From the human T2T-CHM13v2.0 reference genome, Homo sapiens, in assembly GCF_009914755.1 (NCBI RefSeq), contig NC_060941.1: a DNA stretch of 64,000 nt. One strand, given 5' to 3'. Below, piece by piece: positions 56,629 through 64,000 of this stretch (position 1 is the first letter of the stretch; each line of letters begins with the position of its first letter). The position numbers and the translations under genes were made by a program. Under the pieces are notes generated by a model. That model worked only from the letters and a program-made list of their open reading frames with translations. It did no database searches and was not told the DNA's origin.

Positions 56629-56789
56629 GGTAAAGTCACTTGGTTCAGTGGGAAGAGCTCAGGAAGGTTTCCATCTTTGGCAAATACTTCCCAGTAGACT
56701 GGAAGTTTGCAGTGAACATGTGTTTGCTTTCCAGCTGAACCCATTTCTTACATTTGAGGAACGCTTCACCATACGGGTCTTGGCAAGAG

Positions 56790-57565
<776 letters not shown>

Positions 57566-57876
57566 AAAGTTGGACTCTGGTGGAGTTACGACCCTGATCA
57601 TCCTTTGGCTGAGAGGCAGAAAATGGGTCCTGTGTCCTGAGGCAGAACTTGTCGGCCACATGTCCCTGGTGATAAGACACTAGTGCTTATGCATTCCAAC
57701 ACAGAAGGGACATGGGAGACTGCATGGGTGGAAAGGCACAATATCTTTCCTCACCCATTAGCAGGGTCATGGCTGACATTCCTATAACAAGGATGGGTTA
57801 AGAAGACAGAGGCATAACAGATTTATTTAATCAGTGTTTTACTTGACACAGGAGCCTTCAAAAATGAAGATCTAAT

Positions 57877-58156
<280 letters not shown>

Positions 58157-58169
<13 letters not shown>

Positions 58170-58420
58170 GAAGAAGAAGAAGGAAGAAGAAGGAAGAAGG
58201 AAGAAGGAGGAAGAAGGAGGAAGAAGGAGGAAGGAGGAAAGAGGAGGAAGGAGGAAGGAGGAGGAGGAAGGAGGAAGAAGGAAGAAAGAAGAAGAAGAAA
58301 GAAAGAAGAAGAAGGAAGAAGGAGAAGAGAAGGAGAAGGAGGAGGAGGAGAAGGAGAGGGAGAGGGAGAAGGAGGAGAAGGAGGGGGAGAGGGAGAAGGA
58401 GAAGAAGAAGAAAAAGAAGA
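58157..58420 (+). repeat. 264-bp pure polypurine (GAA/GGA) tract
   Basis: No pyrimidine between 58157 and 58420. Confidence 0.95.
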
Positions 58421-58679
58421 TCCAAAGACTCAGGGAAAACTGTCTATTTCTATGCTTAGGTTGGATGTGAATGGACAGCTATGTAGAAATGTGACTGGAC
58501 AACAAGGGGTATGATCTAATGTTGATGGACAGAGAGGGGAAGCACAGTAAGGCCCGTCTGTTTGGATTCTTCCTGGTCTCTCTGTGTGGCATTCCTTCCA
58601 CCTGGGTACAGGGCAGGACCTCTCTGGAAACAGGGGTCTTATGTCCTACTTTTAGACAAGGTAGGGCAGAGAATTTTTT

Positions 58680-59162
<483 letters not shown>

Positions 59163-59766
59163 AGAGAATTTATTTATAACCAGCTCTTACACAGAAAGGT
59201 GGTGATAGGTTAGAGTTATATACCTAGGTTTTTGTGGCTGGTATTGGAGAAGTTGGGTTCTAGTTTCTATGGCCTGCCTTGAAGAGGGATTCTACTTTCT
59301 GTGGCCTGTCTTGGGGAAAAGGGAAGGAAGAAAAAGAAGAGCAGGAGAGGGTCAGAAAGAGACAGCCTTTGAGGCCCTTCCAAAGTCCTTCAGTTCAAAG
59401 TACTCAGCATGCCAAAGTGCTACACTTTGGGTCATCGTTTTCCGAGCCCCAACAAGGTCATCTGGTCCACACTCCTTCTAAACGTGGGAATCCTTTATGA
59501 ATAATTCAGGATCTGAATAGCATTCAACAAAAGATGCTACTGAAAACCACAGTGTGTGCTAAGCAGAAAGACTTGATCATGGGTGACAAACGCTGAGGTT
59601 GGCCAGCTCCCAGTTGTACTGTTCAGGGTCAATGGCCCTCTTAGGGCTGTAAGGATATCCCTAACTGTCATCAAATTGTCAAGGCTAAAGTTCAGGGAAA
59701 TCCACCTCACTCATGGCCAAATATAAAATGTCATTCCTTCAGACATGTAATTAAGATGGTGGCTGA

Positions 59767-60048
59767 GGCCGGATGCGGTGGCTCACGCCTGTAATCCCAG
59801 CACTTTGGGAGGCTGAGACGGGTGGATCACCTGAGGACAGGAGTTCAAGACCAGCCTGGCCAACATGGTGCAACTCCATCTCTACTAAAAGTACAAAAAT
59901 TAGCCGGCTGTGGTGACAGGCACCTGTAGTCCCAGCTAGTCAGGAGTCTGAGGCAGAAGAATCACTTGAACCCAGGAGGTGGAGGTTGCAGTGAGCTGAG
60001 ATCGCGCCACTGCACTTGAGCATGGGCGACAAGAGCGAGATTCCATCT

Positions 60049-60081
<33 letters not shown>
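59767..60081 (+). mobile_element. AluSx-like with a long pure poly(A)
   Basis: TSD AAGATGGTG(G/T)CTGA at 59753-59766 and 60082-60095. Confidence 0.93.
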
Positions 60082-60085
<4 letters not shown>

Positions 60086-61179
60086 TGGTGTCTGAGTCCC
60101 TAATGAATTCCCAGAGCATAATGGGACTAAGGTGCTCTGGGATTCTGAAATCTACAGACTACCTAGAAAAGTTCCCACAGAAACATTATGGCCATAGCGA
60201 AAACAAAACACGAAAACCAAAAACAACCAAAGTGCCAAACATCTGCATTGAGGATGCTACAGGAAATTACTTTCACCTCCTTTTATAGGCATGTTCAATC
60301 AATGGCAACAATATTCTACATTTTGCTAAGGGCTGAAGGAAGAGAAAAGAGAGTCAGGACCAGCTCATTTTCCAACACTTGAAATGAACTCCTGGCTGAA
60401 ACTAAATCACTCGCTCTCTGGCATCACGGCTATTTCTACAGTGCCACTTGGCTGGCTGGGTGATTTTCCAGTCACTGGGTGAGGGACACTGGATCCAGGA
60501 CAGGGCCATGAGCGTGTTAAGAGCAGAAAGACCCAATTATGAAGAATCCCCTGGAAAGCCCACAATGTAGCCCACCCACCTGGGTCTGAATGGCAGGCAT
60601 GTGAGCAGAGGCAGAAAAGCTTCGGTGCCAAATGGGGGAGGATGCAGAGCCACTTCGAGTCCCATCGGACCACTCAGGCCGTTGCAGCTGGAGCTGCCTG
60701 CCTGAGGCAAAGTAATGCCAAAGTGAGCGGTAGGAGCCCGTCACAGCCAAGCAAATGGCAACTGGACAGAGTTGGCCAAGGGCTGCCAGACATGACAGAG
60801 CAGGGAAAGAGGCAGAGATGAGGGAATAAGGCAGCTGTCATTTATTTGGGAGGGAAGAGGTTGGATCCTGTAAGGGCAATAGGGTGGAGGGGAGGGAGAG
60901 GGCTCAGAGGGCCTAGGGTCAGATTGGAAGCAGCAGACCCCGAAGCGTGCTGATCCTGAGGCAGAGGGTGCAGCTGGTCATAGCTAAGAGGAAGGTGAAG
61001 GTGTGCAGGCCCCTTGCTCAGAGGGGAGCAGAGGGCAGAGGTGCGATACCCTGGGAGGTCCCGCGGCTTCAAAGGGAAAGGGAGAGGATGGGCAGGGAGA
61101 GAGAAACAGGAGGCAGAGTCCCTCCGTAAGCTTTCCCAAGTGAGTAAAGTACTCATACCCAGGGCTTTATTTGAATTTA

Positions 61180-63450
61180 TCACCTCTTATTAGTGTCTTT
61201 TGAAATGCGAATTAGCTGATTAACCACTGCTCACAGCCTTCCAACTGTTCTTTATTCTCCAGCATTCAGCAACTTTGTTCTAAATAGGGTAGGCCACAGT
61301 AGCCCACCAGGGGGAAATTATTCTCAAGGTTACAAGAACAGCGACCAAGGCAAAATTAGGCCCTGGCCTGGATGGAATCAAGTTGGGAGTGAGGTTGTGC
61401 CTGGAGCCAGGCTCTAACCACTCCCACCCCCCAACCCGGTCTACACACAAAGCCTCCGAGGATGCTGGTTACCCTGGTGTTAGTCCATCCTTGCGATGTA
61501 TGAACAGGGCTCTGGGGAACAAGATACACACTCTTCTGCCCCCTACCACTTTTTTGTTGATGATCACCATTTTCTAAAAGGTTTATTAGTTCTAGGTCCC
61601 TCAGGAATGCCCGTGCACTGGCTTCGGCTTTCTGTTTGGGACGTGGGTTCACGTTTACGAACAACAAGGGATGGCCCCTGGCAGAGCCTCGTTCGCACTC
61701 GCTCCTGCCTCCAGTTTGGCAACACAACACAAAGGCGGTATGGCTTGTATACACTTTCCAGGCTGAGCCCCTATTCAGAGGGGGCTGCAGCTTGCGCGTA
61801 ATGGGCCCCCTACAGACAAAGCCAGCAAGTTTCTTAATTAAGTCTAAGTGAAAGACAGATCCCGCTTACATCTTCAGAGAACCTTCCTTCAGAACTTCAA
61901 AAACAGCCTAGACTGCCTATCAAATCCAGGCACGAATAACTAGCTAGCAATTTTTTCTCTTTTTAAATATAGAAAGCCAGGCCTCCGGCGCCAACTCTTC
62001 AACCCCCTCTCACTTTCCCTGCAATTTTAGACATGCCTCTGGTTTATAAAACAGGAAACAAAGGGACTTCTTGTGTGTCGGAGAAGCCCTCAGAGGGCCT
62101 GCATTTCATTCCGGCCTTCCCCAAAGCACTGTGCTGTCTAAAGAGCTCTTTAACTGGTTTAGTCTCATTACCATTTCCATGAGGTATCAAAGGATACGCT
62201 ACGAAACCAGCATATGTACATATATCACATAAGGACACATCCTGTTACGCAACGATATTAAAAAATTAATTATTAGCTAATTGCCTTTTCAGAAATGTGA
62301 TTTTTCACATCCCTCCCTCCCCTCCCCCTCCACCCTAGCCCCAGAAACCCTCTCTCAGACAGACCTTTCTGTTTTCTGGGCTTTGCTGTGATAATGTTCC
62401 TTGCAAACAGAAACCAATTATTCTGCAGCAGTAAGTCACCAGGAGTATGAATTGCTTTAATTTTTCCCCCTTTTAGCAGCTGCCCAGGGTGGGTTGCGAG
62501 GTGGCTGCAGTAATGAAGCTGGGATGAATACTAAAGCAGGACCGAGGCCGGGTGTCCTGCAGGGAAAATGATGTTCAAAAATAAAAGTGCGTTTTTGTTG
62601 GGAGAAGCTAATCAATGAATTGGACGTTTCCAAAAAATGTGCTTTCCGCTCTCAATTTGCATCGCCAATGCTGCTTTCCCCAATGAGTCCTGTGCACCTG
62701 ACTAGCTTGTAAAAATGTCACCTTACTGTTAAAGTGCTAAACACGCCCTGTTTTTCCTCCGCCTGTTCTCTCTCTCCCTCCCCCCTCTCTGCCTTTTTCC
62801 TTCTGCAATTCTTTGCTTTCTCATTAGAAATGCCCAGCAACGTCTGGCAGACAAAGACACTGCAAACAAAGTGTATGGAAAGGAAAAAAAAAATTAAAAG
62901 GGAAAAAAGTGCAGAGGAATTCTTCATTCACGGATCTGTAGAATACATTAATATCTGAAACTGTTGGCACAGCCTAAAATACTTGGGCGGCTAACAATGC
63001 GGGCAATGATTCCGAGTCTGGGATCTTCAAATAAACCCCAGCGCTGTCATGGCCACCAGGAAGGAGAATAATGGCGATATTAGCTGACCTTCATTTTGTT
63101 GTTTCTTCAGTCCTGACTGCTGGACCTCTGTTTGCTTGTTACTAGGATTTCTTAGCTGAAAAATTTTAGCATTTCCCAGGCAATACAAGAGCCAGTTTAT
63201 TAGGTAAATAAACCAGGCCTTAAGCAGTCTTTTCTGCTCCATAATGGGAAATGGGCAAATTGGAACGAGGGTTGAGTTGGAGTCAGGGAGAATGACTCAG
63301 AGGCAGAGATCTCATCATTTCCCCCTCATCCAAAACACCAATGAACAATGCGGACGGAGTTAACAAATCATCAGATCGACGTGCTGCCTTTGGTTAACTT
63401 AACCAACATCATCCACCAAGTAAGGAAGACAAGATTCACAAAAGGAAGGG
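61180..63450. promoter_or_regulatory. Candidate enhancer / conserved non-coding block
   Basis: Inside the longest repeat-free stretch; some CpGs retained; octamer ATTTGCAT 62655-62662, GTTACGCAAC 62244-62253, ATCAAAG, AACAATG, GTAAATA and TAAT clusters. Inference only. Confidence 0.35.
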
Positions 63451-63709
63451 ACAAAAATAGCGGCTTTCTTCTTCTAGAGACCTAGATCTGTAATGACATT
63501 TCACTTCTCCCAAGGTTCCAAGGAACTGGAGACTATTTTATAATTCATCCAAATGGAGCTAATGGTGCTATGTTTCAGTCATCTGTCATAAATGCTTAAA
63601 CATTCTTATGTTATTCAAACCATTGTCTAGTGACAATCTTAACGATGTTAATAAAATCAGTAATGCAGAACTGGATCCTTTTTCAGAGTCTCTACATCCA
63701 GAGGGCCTT

Positions 63710-63890
63710 CTGGCTGTCTAGACTGTAACACAATTGGTAATTATTACATTTATGTGTGCCTGCTTACTGTTTACTATCTCGATTCCCTCCCCCAACTGCA
63801 ATATAAGCTCCCTGAGGGCAGGGACCACCATTGTATCCTACCTCACCCAACACAGTGCCTAGCACCCAAGACGTATTTGCCTAGGGAGGT
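63710..63890 (+). mobile_element. L2 3' fragment
   Basis: TATAAGCTCCCTGAGGGCAGGGACCA..CACAGTGCCTAGCAC. Confidence 0.7.
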
Positions 63891-64000
63891 AATGATATTT
63901 TTGGCTACCTTTGGGGAAATGCATCCCATCTTTAAAAGCTTTCAGCTGCCACGCCCAAGGGCTTCAAGATGAGAACGAGACACAATACTTCTTAAAGCAG

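Noticed and set aside
61300-61320. CTCF-like CCACCAGGGGG (also near-matches at about 13790, 56000 and 57062)
   Set aside because: Each misses a strongly conserved core position; not supportable without ChIP data.

Overview
Primate (very probably human) non-coding genomic DNA, either intronic or intergenic. I cannot name the locus. No protein-coding exon, processed pseudogene, tRNA/rRNA/snRNA gene, CpG island or CRISPR array is supported; the supplied ORFs are Alu-, LTR- or low-complexity-derived or chance ORFs. The window holds about 57 Alu-family elements (J, S and Y lineages plus one FAM), roughly a quarter of the sequence. It also holds old L2, MIR, L1M and HAL1-like fragments, one short L1PA, DNA-transposon relics (MER5, MER45A, MER47, Tigger3), and solo LTRs (MLT1B, MER4-like, MER21, three MER39-like, one ERVL-like). 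Repeat-poor blocks at about 2.9-5.4, 39.9-41.6 and 60.1-63.7 kb are candidate regulatory DNA. I found no convincing new biological system. The most unusual observations are structural scars: (1) a 46-bp copy of sequence from 4.2 kb upstream next to a patchwork of short templated inverted and direct repeats (56.3-56.4 kb); (2) two same-family LTRs fused tail-to-tail (38.7-39.9 kb); (3) two opposed purine/pyrimidine tracts of about 260 bp grown from Alus (58.2-59.1 kb); (4) a multi-layer Alu nest with a recombinant extra arm (26.5-27.5 kb); (5) a palindromic 19-bp minisatellite (41.0 kb). Repeat subfamily names come from recalled consensus diagnostics, not a RepeatMasker run. Boundaries of old repeats are approximate.
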